A DNA stretch of 32,000 nt, taken from the NCBI GenBank assembly GCA_054661495.1, contig BAAFSQ010000023.1, forward strand, positions 30,001 through 62,000. Direction: 5' to 3'. Position numbers and translations under genes: made by a program. Of the stretch, positions 10,423 through 21,257 are shown in pieces. The notes below the pieces were generated by a model. The model did not search any database. It worked only from the letters and a program-made list of their open reading frames with translations, and was not told the origin of the DNA. This stretch comes from Zygophlyctis sp. KS116 (lineage: Eukaryota > Fungi > Chytridiomycota). Numbering within the stretch: the stretch's first letter is position 1; each line of letters begins with the position of its first letter.

Positions 10423-12382
10423 TTACACGACTTGGTATGATTTCGTGTATATAAGTGGCATTCCACCAAATTCTTCTGCAAATAAATTAATGCACATTGA
10501 TCTTGTTATAAAATGTTCAGGTCTCTTCCATAAACCTTTTTTCAGCTTTTTGGGTTTTGCAATGTCTGCTAAATGTTAGTTTCGGATATTCGCACCTAAG
10601 AAAAGGGGTGGAGAATGGGTATGATTTGCAGCCACAAAATTAAACAGAATATCATCACAATTATTGTTTTCATCGACTATCTCTCTAGATCTTCTAACAG
10701 ATTCGGACATGTACAATTCAAGCATTTCCCGATGATAAAACAATCCTGATGGAAGAACTATTGAATTTCCAGATATTTCACTTTCAAAACGTCTTCCATA
10801 ACTGTATTTTCCATTGTCTTCTTGTAGATGCTTCCTAGCAGTGTTTTTATATCCAACCAGTTGATTAGGAAATCGTTTCCATAAGATAAATGCCTTTTTA
10901 ATTATTGCATGCGGTACTATAATAAGTTTATTTTTTAAATTACTAAAAGCATCATCATCCATATTGATGATACAATCCGTATTAATCTCTGATCTGGGCA
11001 TAAAACGATTATTCATGCTATTAAATGGCATCCGAAGAAATTTTACAGGTACGTCCAGACTTTCCGGCTTTGATATCTATCATTATTATTCGAATTGTAA
11101 TTACAATTGGTGGAGATACTTCTGGATTATTCCAAATAACGACAATAGATTTTAAAATATCCAGTTGATGATAAAACTTTACAATGTCTGAAGTTAATCG
11201 GAATCTGTCATAAACAGTAATAACCATGGTGCAAAGAGAAATACTGTTTTCCAGTTTAGGTATATCCTGCTTTTGCGATTTTAATGAATCGTGTAATTGT
11301 TCGCTTGTAAAATGCTGCTTTATCCATACATTATTTTGAATCAGAGGATGTGATATATTATAAAATGATTTTAGTCTGTCTAGTAGAAAAAGCTTATCAT
11401 AAGTCGAATTATAGAATTTTTTAGGAACCCATCTAACATCATGTAATTCCAATGTTCGTCCCCATCTCATTGTAGGCACTAATAAACCACTTTCGAGATA
11501 AGTCTTAAAAGGCCGATTCATTTCAAATTCATACGGATGTCTAGAACCATCTGGTACTTTTTGACCCAATGCATTTAAATGAAATGATCTCTTTTTCTTC
11601 TTCGCTAAATTATCCATATTGATCTTGTTTCTATATTTAATATTATTGATTTGAATTGCATATTCTTTAAATATCAACGGAGCAAACATATTTAAAAAAT
11701 GAGCACATAAAGACCATTCCCCATTAAATCCTCCTTCTCCTCTTGGAGAAAAAGGAATAAAAAAGTCTACGATAGAATGATGATAAATAACCATTCCAGA
11801 ATCAAATCCCGATAGTGGTGCCACTCGTATTTCCTTAAACTTTCTATAAATTCTAGCAGCATTGATTTTGTTTTGAATAAAATAATCATACGGAAAGCTT
11901 GCAACGGCAGGCTTATATTCCCTCAAGGTTTTTGATAATGATTCATGTATATCCCCCCCATTCAATGTATAAAATTGTAAATCATCATCATGTGTGAAAT
12001 AGTATTCACACTTGTACAATTTCTTTGAAATGATAAGAGCTCTGAAAAGTCCTTGAGCCCATGTTAGCTTAGAATCGTAAGACAAGTGAATATTGTCAAA
12101 TATGAGTTTAGTGTTTGCCGATTCCTCTGCGTTCTCTCCCCAAACATTCCAAACAGAGGGGAAGACTCCCGACCATTGCCTATGCATTTTTAAAGCATTA
12201 CCGACAGTTTCTGAATTACCAATGATACATACCTGATAACTCGTCTCTTTGGAAAATGATGATACGTGCCATAATAATAGAATAATGATGATAATGATGA
12301 TTTTTTTATAACTCTTGATTTTGCGATGATAGTATTGAATGCAATAGTTTTGAATGCGATGGTGCTGAAAGAGATTGTTCAT
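10423..12382 (-). CDS. Type II membrane glycosyltransferase fusion: unassigned DxD-containing domain + GT64 (exostosin C-terminal/EXTL2-like) domain
   Basis: Basic tail followed by an IIIIIIILLLW anchor; YYFTHDDDL in the first domain. GT64 motifs VITVYDR, IVVIWNN, NSMNNRF.P, INMDDD, LVGY..RKH, NNCDDILFNF, HFITRSMCINLF..FGGMPL. Introns 11077-11104, 10917-10943, 10569-10595. Confidence 0.82.
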
Positions 12383-12432
12383 ATTGACTTAAACACGACC
12401 TGCGCAACCATTAATTATCCGTTGATAAACGC

Positions 12433-13590
12433 ATGGCTACATCCGCTGATAAGAAGCCTTGGAACCAGGTACAGAAATCTCTTCTTCCAAAACCATCATC
12501 ATACTCTACATTTTCTAGAAAGTAAAAACTTATTACCAGTCTAACAAGAAAGATTGCAATCAGAGACTAAACATTTAGAGGTTGATAACCAGAAAATGGA
12601 AGAGAAACTCAATGCATTCAAAGAATATTTGAAGTCTCAAAAGGAAAAACGCATGTAATATTTATAATCTTAGATTAGACACGCTGATAAGATTTGGTCC
12701 GGAGGGGAAGTCAATAAAGGATCATTATCACAATATGCTCAGAATGTATTGGCTAAAAAGAAGACTTTTAAGAAGGATACAATCTCAAATATTAGTTTTC
12801 TTAAAAATGATTCTAGTCCAAATCTATTAAATTCGGACAAGAAAAAAGTATTGGATCCAAAGCCTCCTTCTGCTCCAAAAACCAAATCTAAAAGTGAAAT
12901 ACTTGGAAAGGATCTGGTATATTTTCTATTCTAATTTAAAAGTGGCGAATTCCTTCCTCTTTAGGAAGATATAATAATGACCCGCCTCAGACGAGTTATG
13001 CTGAAAGAGTTAATAGTCTAAATTCATTCAAGTCTACAAAAAAGGATCTAACCTTAAAAAAAGAGAATGTAATTCAATCAGATTCTTTGCTTGAAGGGAG
13101 TTATGATGAAAATAATTCCCATTTATCTTTTCAACAGGCTTTACAAGAATGGCGAGGAGTATCAGACTCTCAAAATACAGAATTCAGTAATAATACAGTC
13201 AATGTTCAATTAGGATCAACTCAAACTAATTTTGAATTGGAAAATAGAAAAGACTCATTAAAAGAATTGGAAAAAAAGGTTCAAGAGTTGCTCGTGGACG
13301 ATAAGAGTCTGTCTTATATGGAAAAACTGTTATTGTCAAAATTAAAGGATTCAACAAATGAAGATTTGAAATTACAAGGTGAAGACTCCAAAGTACAAGA
13401 TTTAGACTATGTCGATCCAATTTTGGAAGAAATGCCTCCTGCTGGATTTGAAAGTTCTGAATTAAATGCTTATGAAACCTCAAAAGTATTTCAAATAATT
13501 AGTATAAAAGAACTTTTGCATGATGAAGATTTCATGCCTGCTCAAGTATTGGATTCAGACAAGATTATAGTGGAGGAACCACTAGAGTAG
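12433..13590 (+). CDS. ZBBX: ZBBX-like cilia-associated protein lacking the B-box
   Basis: Introns 12522-12552, 12655-12678, 12917-12942. Blocks LEVDNQKMEEKL...KEKR...IWSGG, SLLEGSYDE..S..SFQQALQEWR and SLSYMEKLLL match my recollection of conserved ZBBX blocks. Confidence 0.65.
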
Positions 13591-13669
13591 TGATGTCCGA
13601 ATACGAAAGTGTGAGGATTTTATAAAAAATAAAAGAAATATGAGATCAAGAAATCATCCTTTATGTAGG

Positions 13670-13728
13670 AATGATTCATAAGGATCCAGACCGTAGTATG
13701 ACTCATTACAACAATGAACTCTGACGTC
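13670..13728 (+). promoter_or_regulatory. Cluster of bZIP-type sites upstream of the globin gene
   Basis: ATGATTCAT (13671-13679), perfect ATGACTCAT (13698-13706, Gcn4/AP-1 consensus) and TGACGTC (13722-13728, CRE-like). Confidence 0.4.
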
Positions 13729-13775
13729 GGGCTTAATTCCCCACCTATTTGTTTACTTGTTAATCATAAAGGATA

Positions 13776-14416
13776 ATGAGCGAAATTAAACATATTGACC
13801 GGGACAAGTAATATCATGCAAGTATTTAATAATTAGAATTTACAGCGACTTGGCTTACCGTTTCAACTTTGTAGCTGAAATGGCAAACTTTGGACCAGAT
13901 GATATTGCTGCTGTTAAAGGCTCAGCACCTTTATTGGCTCCTTTGGTCCCAGCAGTGGTCGATGCAGTTTATGAACAGCTATTCAAATTCGACATTACTA
14001 AACAGCATTTCCTTCCAAAAACAAAGGATTATGAAGGAAAAGTTGCAAATGATTTGAAAGAATTGAAACTTGACTCTGAGCAAGTAAAGTACAGAAAGGA
14101 TTTTTTAGGAAAGTATCTTGTCCGACTGGTTACTGCAGAGTATGATGCTGAGTTCATCAAGTATTTAGATTATGTCGCTAAAATTCATACAAATGCCTCT
14201 GGAAGAAAGGGAGATAAACTATTACAAGTCGATCTTGTACTAGTAAATTCATTATTTGCCTGGTTCCACGGATTTTTGGTGACTGCTCTAGATAGTCATC
14301 CCGATCTCCAATCAAAAGAAGCTCAGCCTACTCGTACGAAAACGATTGCTGCATTTTCAAAACTATTATGGATCCAAAATGATTTCTTCCTCAAGTACTA
14401 TGTCAATGAAGCGTAA
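13776..14416 (+). CDS. Single-domain protoglobin/globin-sensor-type protein
   Basis: Intron 13808-13836 gives MSEIKHIDRDKIYSDLAYRFNFV..FGPDDIAAVK..APLLAPLVPAVVDAVYEQLF.FDITKQHF...RKDFL.KYL...YLDYVAKIH...AFSKLLWIQND, typical of the fungal protoglobin-domain family. Confidence 0.85.
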
Positions 14417-14451
14417 AGAGTGACTTTTGGATTAGGATCAGAATACAATTC

Positions 14452-15531
14452 ATGTTTCCTAAAAATACTCTTGCCTGGGTCCATCGTACTGCTGGATCCC
14501 CTGAATCTGTCTTATCCCTTGAGAGTATTTCCCTCCCTGCATGTTCTGCTGATAATTTGGGGCTAAAGTTACTCGGCGCTCCAGTCAATCCTGCTGATCT
14601 AAACATGATACAGGGATCATATCCTACAAAATCTCTATATGGGATAGGAGGAAATGAAGGTCTTTGGGAGGTTGAGTATGTTGGATCAAATCTGGTTTCT
14701 CAATTCTCACAAGGAGATTGGGTAATTCCTGCTTATCAGGGGATTGGGTAAACGATTCTTATTTAATTTGATAGAACTTGGGCAAAACATCGCATATTAG
14801 ATCCTTCAGAAATTATAAAAATTCCAAAAAGTACAAACTCTTCAGTCCTTGCAAGTGCTACAGTGTCTGTAAACCCGTGTACAGGTAATAGATTTAATTC
14901 ATATTTTAGCATATCGCATGATTTTAGATTTTGTAGCATTAGCTCCTGGTGATGTAATCATTCAAAATGCAGCCAACTCTGGTGTTGGAGAGTCTGTAAT
15001 TCAATTAGCAAAATTGTGGGGATTTAAAACCTTTAATATTGTTCGTGACCGGTAAATTATTTGTCTAATCTTGTTAGGAATCCTCAAGAATTAAGAGATC
15101 TGACTCAAAGATTAGTTCAATTGGGTGCATCTATAGTATGTCCTGAATCTCAAGTTCAAACTCCTGCCATGATTCAGGCACTTGCAGCACTAGGACCTCC
15201 TCCTAGATTAGGATTGAATGCAACTGGAGGTCGTAGTGGCCTTAATCTTGCAAGACTTTTAGGAAATGGTGCACAATTTATTACGTTTGGAGGAATGTCT
15301 AGAGATCCAGTATCTTTCCCTACATCCTTGTTTATTTTTAAAGATTTGACTGCAAAAGGATTTTGGTTATCAAGATGGAACTCTGAAAGAGAAAATTTAG
15401 AATCACGACGTCTCATGTTGAAGGAATTATTACAACTTCAAGACTCTGGGAAACTGATCCCTCCAAAATTACAGACTGTTGATCTAGTTGATCTTTTAAA
15501 AAATCTAAGAAATAAAGTTATAGTTTCATGA
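14452..15531 (+). CDS. ETR1: Trans-2-enoyl-CoA/ACP reductase (MECR/Etr1, MDR family)
   Basis: Motifs [27 protein letters not shown]...[41 protein letters not shown]...GFW. Introns 14748-14774, 14885-14909, 15052-15077. Confidence 0.92.
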
Positions 15532-15567
15532 AATCTTTAGGGTCCCAAACTTTTTTTGAATTTTGCA

Positions 15568-17085
15568 ATGTCAGCGGCAACTGTTGCGACTAAATCGACT
15601 TCACAGGCCTCTGGTGACTTCAAAAAGAGTAAATATGAACATTAACACAATTAGTTACATTGGCAAGTGTTGCTAAAAAGATATTAAATGGTTATGTAGG
15701 ATTTAACAACTTACCAAATCAAATACATCGACGATACGTCAAGAATGGATTTCAGTTTACATTGATGGTCGTTGGTGAATCTGGGCTCGGAAAAACTACT
15801 TTTGTCAATACGCTGTTCAATACCCAAATCTTACCGCCAAAGTCAACTCCTCCAGTCTCTGTTGATGATGTAGCAAAGAAATCAATCTCTGTAGAAGATC
15901 ATGTTCATCGTATGATTATTCTGTCTAACTCTAGATCTGGAAGAAAATGGTGTAAAGTTAAAACTAACTGTCATTGATGTTCCTGGTTTTGGAGATGCTT
16001 TGAATAATGAGGATAGTTGGAGACCTATTCTAGAAAATATTGAAGCTCGTTATGATAATTATATGGAACAAGAGTTTCGTGTGGAGAGAAAGGATATGAA
16101 AGATCCAAGAGTACATGCATGTTTGTACTTTATCTCTCCAAGTGGACATTCGTAACTAGATTTATTTAAAATTATAGATTGTCAACTTTGGATGTTGAAT
16201 TTATGAAGAATTTAGGCTCAAGAGTTAATATTATTCCAGTTATTGGAAAGGCTGATACATTGACTGAAGAGGAATTGACAGGATTTAAATCTAGGGTATT
16301 TTGCTTTCAAAATTGATAAAAATTTAGATATTGGATGATATTGCGGCTAATAAAATTGAAATCTTTCAGCCAGTTACTCATAGTGTAGATGATATTTCTA
16401 CTCAAGAAGAAAATATGGAAATTATGGTAATTAATTTATTTTGACAAATTATAGTCTAAAATTCCTTTTGCTGTTGTTGGATCAACTACTTTTTATGAAG
16501 TTGATGGTAAAAAGGTTCGAGGGAGAAAATATCCTTGGGGAGTGATTCAAGTAGATAATGAAGAACACTGTGATTTTATAAAGGTTCGACAGCTTCTAAT
16601 CCGGTAAGATGGTTGAAATTAATTAATATAGTTCCTACATGGAAGAACTTCGTGAGCACACAAATAAGGTTCTTTATGAGGCTTATCGTGCTTCCAAGAT
16701 AAATGAAAGTGGAGGAATAACTGGATTGCTTACTTCTTCTGGAGATACGTGAGTTTTCAGTATTATAATTATTAGGAATACTTTGGCTCGTTTAGAGCAA
16801 AGTAAACTTGTTCACGATCAGAAAATGGCTAAAATGGAAGCCGAAATGCGTTCAGTCTTTCAACAAAAGGTTTCTGAAAAGGAAGCAAAGCTCAAACAGT
16901 CAGAATCTGAGGTAAAATAATTTTTTTACTCAAATCAGCTTTATGCACGTCACAAAGAAATGAAGGAACAGTTGGAAAAGCAACGCTTAGATCTTGAAGA
17001 ACGTATCAGACGTTTGGACTCTCGACCTGGAACACCTTCTAGACAAGGCGGCTCATGGAAAAAGGGAAATATTTTTAATAAATGA
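15568..17085 (+). CDS. CDC3: Septin of the Cdc3/AspB (SEPT7-like) group
   Basis: Motifs [61 protein letters not shown], and the coiled coil [21 protein letters not shown]. Eight introns: 15629-15654, 15910-15934, 16152-16177, 16296-16327, 16427-16454, 16604-16631, 16749-16775, 16912-16938. Confidence 0.92.
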
Positions 17086-17170
17086 TACGATTATAATTCT
17101 CTTTTACAAAAAGTTAATTGTCAAGATTGATCAAAAGTTTTATTTACAATAAATAAATATATATCTATAT

Positions 17171-17682
17171 CTAATGATCATGGATAAACTGAAATATGAC
17201 CTCGTCAGAAATATTTGATTGTCCATTACTAATTTGAGGGATATTTTCTATGTCCCAATTTGATGCAAAGTACGACTTGTGGTAATCCTCGTTATACATA
17301 TTATTAGGTTCCGATATTGGAGGATGGAAGACACCAATTGGTGCTTTATTTTGGATATAATCAGGACAAAACATTGGTGATTGTTGCGATGTCGACAATT
17401 TCGACGGCTGAGTCGGTAATGCATCGTGATAACAAGACAAATGCGCAGATATTTGCCGCATAGAATAGTCCTCAAGACCCAAGGCAACTTTAATTATTGC
17501 AAGTGAAAGACGTCTTTTAAGGCGAGACGCCATCTAAGAGTTGGCACAGTTCAAATTACCTGAGATATTTGCGGCTTCTGTAGCACACGTTGAGTCGCCT
17601 TGTAATTTCTATAGTATGTAGGATCTAGGACAGACTCATCTATTCGCATTTGTCTTTTCGGAACCTCCGTCTTGATTTTCAT
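17171..17682 (-). CDS. Small Whi5/Nrm1-family protein (GTB motif)
   Basis: ATG at 17682, intron 17534-17559. LKRRLSLAIIKVALGLEDYSMRQI fits the LxxRLxxAxxK G1/S transcription-factor-binding motif. Confidence 0.65.
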
Positions 17683-17703
17683 TTCTCGGGTTTTTTATTA
17701 TTT

Positions 17704-18677
17704 TTAAGATTTGCCAAAACTAACCATTGCTTGTTTACTCTTAGCCTTTTGAATCGATTCTTGCTTCATTTCTCTACGTAATATTCTATCAAACTTTGGT
17801 TTTAATCTAACCAATTGTCCATTGATTCTAAGGGGTATTTTTGATCTAATCTTTTTTCTCTTCTTTGCAATGTCTGCATACCAATCATGAACTAATTGAT
17901 GCCATGATGGCGGAAATGGAGATGGTATTTCTACATAGCCGGGTTGTGGAAGAGGAGATCTAAGAAAAACAGTCGAACATGTTGCATAATCAACGTGCAA
18001 ATATGCAGGAGTAAACATCCATGGTGACATTCCCCTTAAAGGTCTAAATTTCATCATTTCATCATTCACAAAAGTCTTGCCCTTCTTCTTACTCTCCTGT
18101 TTGTCATCCTCTTTAATTGTTTTTGCTTTAGTACTCTTTCCTTTTTGTGCATCATCATTGGCTGAAACCAATGTCGGAATAATACGAGGATTCACAGTGA
18201 TCATATCTCCATCTTCTAACCGCCATCCAGGATATCGACACTAGAGAGATTAAAATAAATTCTTACAGGTAAACCATTCACAGTTACTTGACCCATTACT
18301 ACTGCTCTTCTAGCACCAAAAATGCTTTTTGCGAAATGAGATCTAAAAACTACAGTGTCCAATCTACGTTCAATTTCCGCAAATGTAAGGGATTGCATTG
18401 GAGGAACCTTTTCCATATTTTCTCTAGAGAGCTTTTGCGTCGGTAGTTGTGTTTTGAAATGACGTTCCATAAATTGTCTGATAAGAACAAGAGGGAAATG
18501 ATAAGCCCTTAAAACTTTTTTTGCTTTCCATCTTTGCTGATAAACAGTCATCTTTGATAAATTAAGCAGATTCAATTGAGAGAGATTATAAGTATTTTTC
18601 ACATCCCAGGACATGCGGATGAGTCCTTTAGTCGATGCATAAGGATCAGCAATTCCAACTCTCCAATTTCTTGGCAT
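17704..18677 (-). CDS. NAM9: Mitochondrial ribosomal protein uS4m (Nam9)
   Basis: MPR start; RMSWD..N.YNL, TVYQQRWKAKK.LRAYH, S4 domain ERRLDTVVFRSHFAKSIFGARR, FTPAYLHV....CSTVFLR.P...PG..EIPSPF. Intron 18241-18266. Confidence 0.9.
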
Positions 18678-18753
18678 TTTTCTATCCACCCTTTACCTGC
18701 GGGCAAACCCTCAAATATCATAAAACCCTTGAAAAGTAAACAATGATATTAAC

Positions 18754-21057
18754 TCAAAGAACCAGCAAATCAGCATTTCCACCACTTGTAGGATTAATAA
18801 GAACAGCTTCTTCCTTGTTTCTATTGAAATAATCCTGATTTATCAAAACTTTAAGTTTTAATAATTTCTTCAAGTCATCAAACATTTTGCACTGAGCTAG
18901 ATTTCTATCGTGAGAATTTTTGACTTGTTTCTGGGTTTCTTTGAGATTTCTTGTCGCATGCTCAGCGTCCAATATTTTTTTTCTATAGAGATCATGGTAG
19001 CTTTTAAAGCCCCGGGATGCCTGTATAGATTCTAAATTAGAATCTGATGAGTTGACATATGTTTTCATTTCATTCAAGACTAGAAATTAAAAATAAATAA
19101 ATTATACCCCTATCTTGTGCCGCATCAATTAGACCAAGAGCTTGCTGCAAATAACTGTATCTACTTTGTTCATTTAATATATCTTGTTGGTATGATTTAA
19201 CTTCTTGTTCCAGCTGAAGAGATTCTCCATCGATTCCTGAAATAGCAATATCGTAAAGTCGCTTTTTTTCTAGATACTTTGACTCTAATTCTTGGTTTTC
19301 TTGTCGAACTTGTCGAAGTTCTTGAATTACAGGAGCCAATTTAGCCTTTTTCTGTTCAATAGTGCCTACAAGTTCAGACACTATTCTTGAAATTTCTGCC
19401 AGTGTTTTTCCTTTTGCATCATCTACTCTTTCTTTCTTTTCTGACACTTTTTCCAACGTTTCTTTTGCTTCATGAAATCCAACTATTCCCATTTTCTTTT
19501 CAAATTTCTGTACTAATTTGACAAGATTCTGTTCTTTAGAAGATAATATTTCAATAGTTCTGTTTAAAATAGCCAACTCTGTCGATATACTTGTAAGTTC
19601 ACCTTTCTTGAGTTTATAAATATTGGATTTCGCTCTTAACTCATTCACATACTTTTTAAATTCTTCTCCTTTCAACATCTAAACTTTAAGAGACATTTGT
19701 TACCTTTACGACACCACTATTGTTAGAAGCATTTTGTTTATTTTCTAAATCCGCTTGTATTTTGGACAATACCTCTTGCATCTCTGCAAGTTTTGCTGCA
19801 GTTCCGGCCTTTTTTCTGCCAATAATAACTGATTGCTGGCGAAAGAGTGAAAGTTTTGCATCACCACTCCTAAGATGTTAAGTGGCTATCAATGTTTCAT
19901 ACGTATTCATATTCATCCTCTTCTCAGTCATCTTTGCTACTGCTTCATTTGTAGTCTTCAATTGTTTTTCTAAACTTTCTATATCATTTTCTTTTATGTT
20001 GGGTTCCATGACAACCTTTATCAAGTCTTGAAGTTGCACATTTAATTCACTAATAACCTATTTTTACAATATAATTAGATACTGAGGGTAAGTTCTCTGT
20101 TGCTAAATACTTGTTTGTTTTCATATCTTCTTCCATTTTAGCAAAATACGCCTCTGGTCCACCTGTTATAAACAAGGCCTGTTCACTTAGTCGATTATAA
20201 AAACCTTTGTATCTTTTAGAATTTGATTTGAATTAACCCATTTCCTTTCCAGATCCGCCATAAACTTCTTTTGTTCCAGTATCCTCTCAGAAATTTCCAT
20301 TTGATGTTTCTGTTCCAACCGTAAGTTTTTGGCTTTTTGTAGCCATAATTCCTTTTTTGGCTATTAATTTAGTAAAAGTTATAAAATACAAATCCATCAA
20401 CTTTACTCTTAATTTTAGATAATTTAGCAATCAATTGCTGCTTCTCATCTTCCATTTGTTGAATTTCCAATTTTAAATTTGCAGCAGTATTTCCTGTTGG
20501 TCGAACAGATTCCATAAATTTATGCGTTTCCTTAAATTGTGATTGTAATTCCATCACATTTTGATTTAAAGCAACGATATCTTTTATAAAATAATTTAAA
20601 ATTACCTTCATCCTGTTCCAAATCAGGAGGAATTTCACTTAAATGTAAAAACTGATAGAGATAACATCTCTTCTTAAATGTTTCTACATCAGAGAGTAAA
20701 AATACAAGAATTGAAAGAAGTAAATTCTTGTTTCCAGCCAACATTTGTTCTTGAAAGACATTACTATTTTTAATAAACTGCAATATACAAATCATTTGCT
20801 TCTTTAAATTTAAGCATTTGTAAGAAATCAGCCATCCTAATTATAGTGTCTTGAGGATCTTCATAGCGAATATCCACGTTCTTATGCCAACTATTTATAT
20901 TATCTGCATCTAGTACAGCCATGACTTCAGTTATTAATGATATTAGTTGAGGTTGAGTGTAGTCATCATGAAGTTCTATTGAAGATATTATTTTGTTGAA
21001 TGGTGGCTTTGAAAGAGCATTAACAACAGACTTTAATTGCAAAGCAGATACGGACAT
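18754..21057 (-). CDS. IFT81: Intraflagellar transport protein 81
   Basis: N-terminal CH-like LSKPPFNK..S.IELHD, KKRCYL..FL...EIP, FKETHK, IQQMEDEKQQL, KLSLFRQQ, LKGEEFKKYVNELRAKSNIYK, KLAPVIQELR. Eight introns of 25-33 nt (e.g. 20764-20788, 20581-20605, 20361-20389). Confidence 0.93.
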
Positions 21058-21257
21058 TTTCTTCAAAAGAAATTCAAAAACGCGATTTCACTCAATGGCG
21101 AATCGCCTGCTTAGAAATTTAAAGATTTATTATGATTGATTTAAATAATAGACTAGATCTCTTTCAAGAGAAGATTGTTTAATTTTTTGTAGGGCCGGTG
21201 AGGGTTGAACGCGAAATCGAAAAAACGCGAAAACTGTTTTTCTTCAAAAAAGTTAAA
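21058..21257. promoter_or_regulatory. Bidirectional IFT81/ACO1 promoter region with three ACGCGA elements
   Basis: ACGCGA at 21080-21085; ACGCGAAA at 21209-21216 and 21225-21232; near-palindrome GGCGAATCGCC at 21097-21107. Confidence 0.5.

Noticed and set aside
12280-12305. (ATA/ATG)n microsatellite-like run
   Set aside because: It simply encodes the poly-Ile transmembrane anchor of the GT64 fusion.
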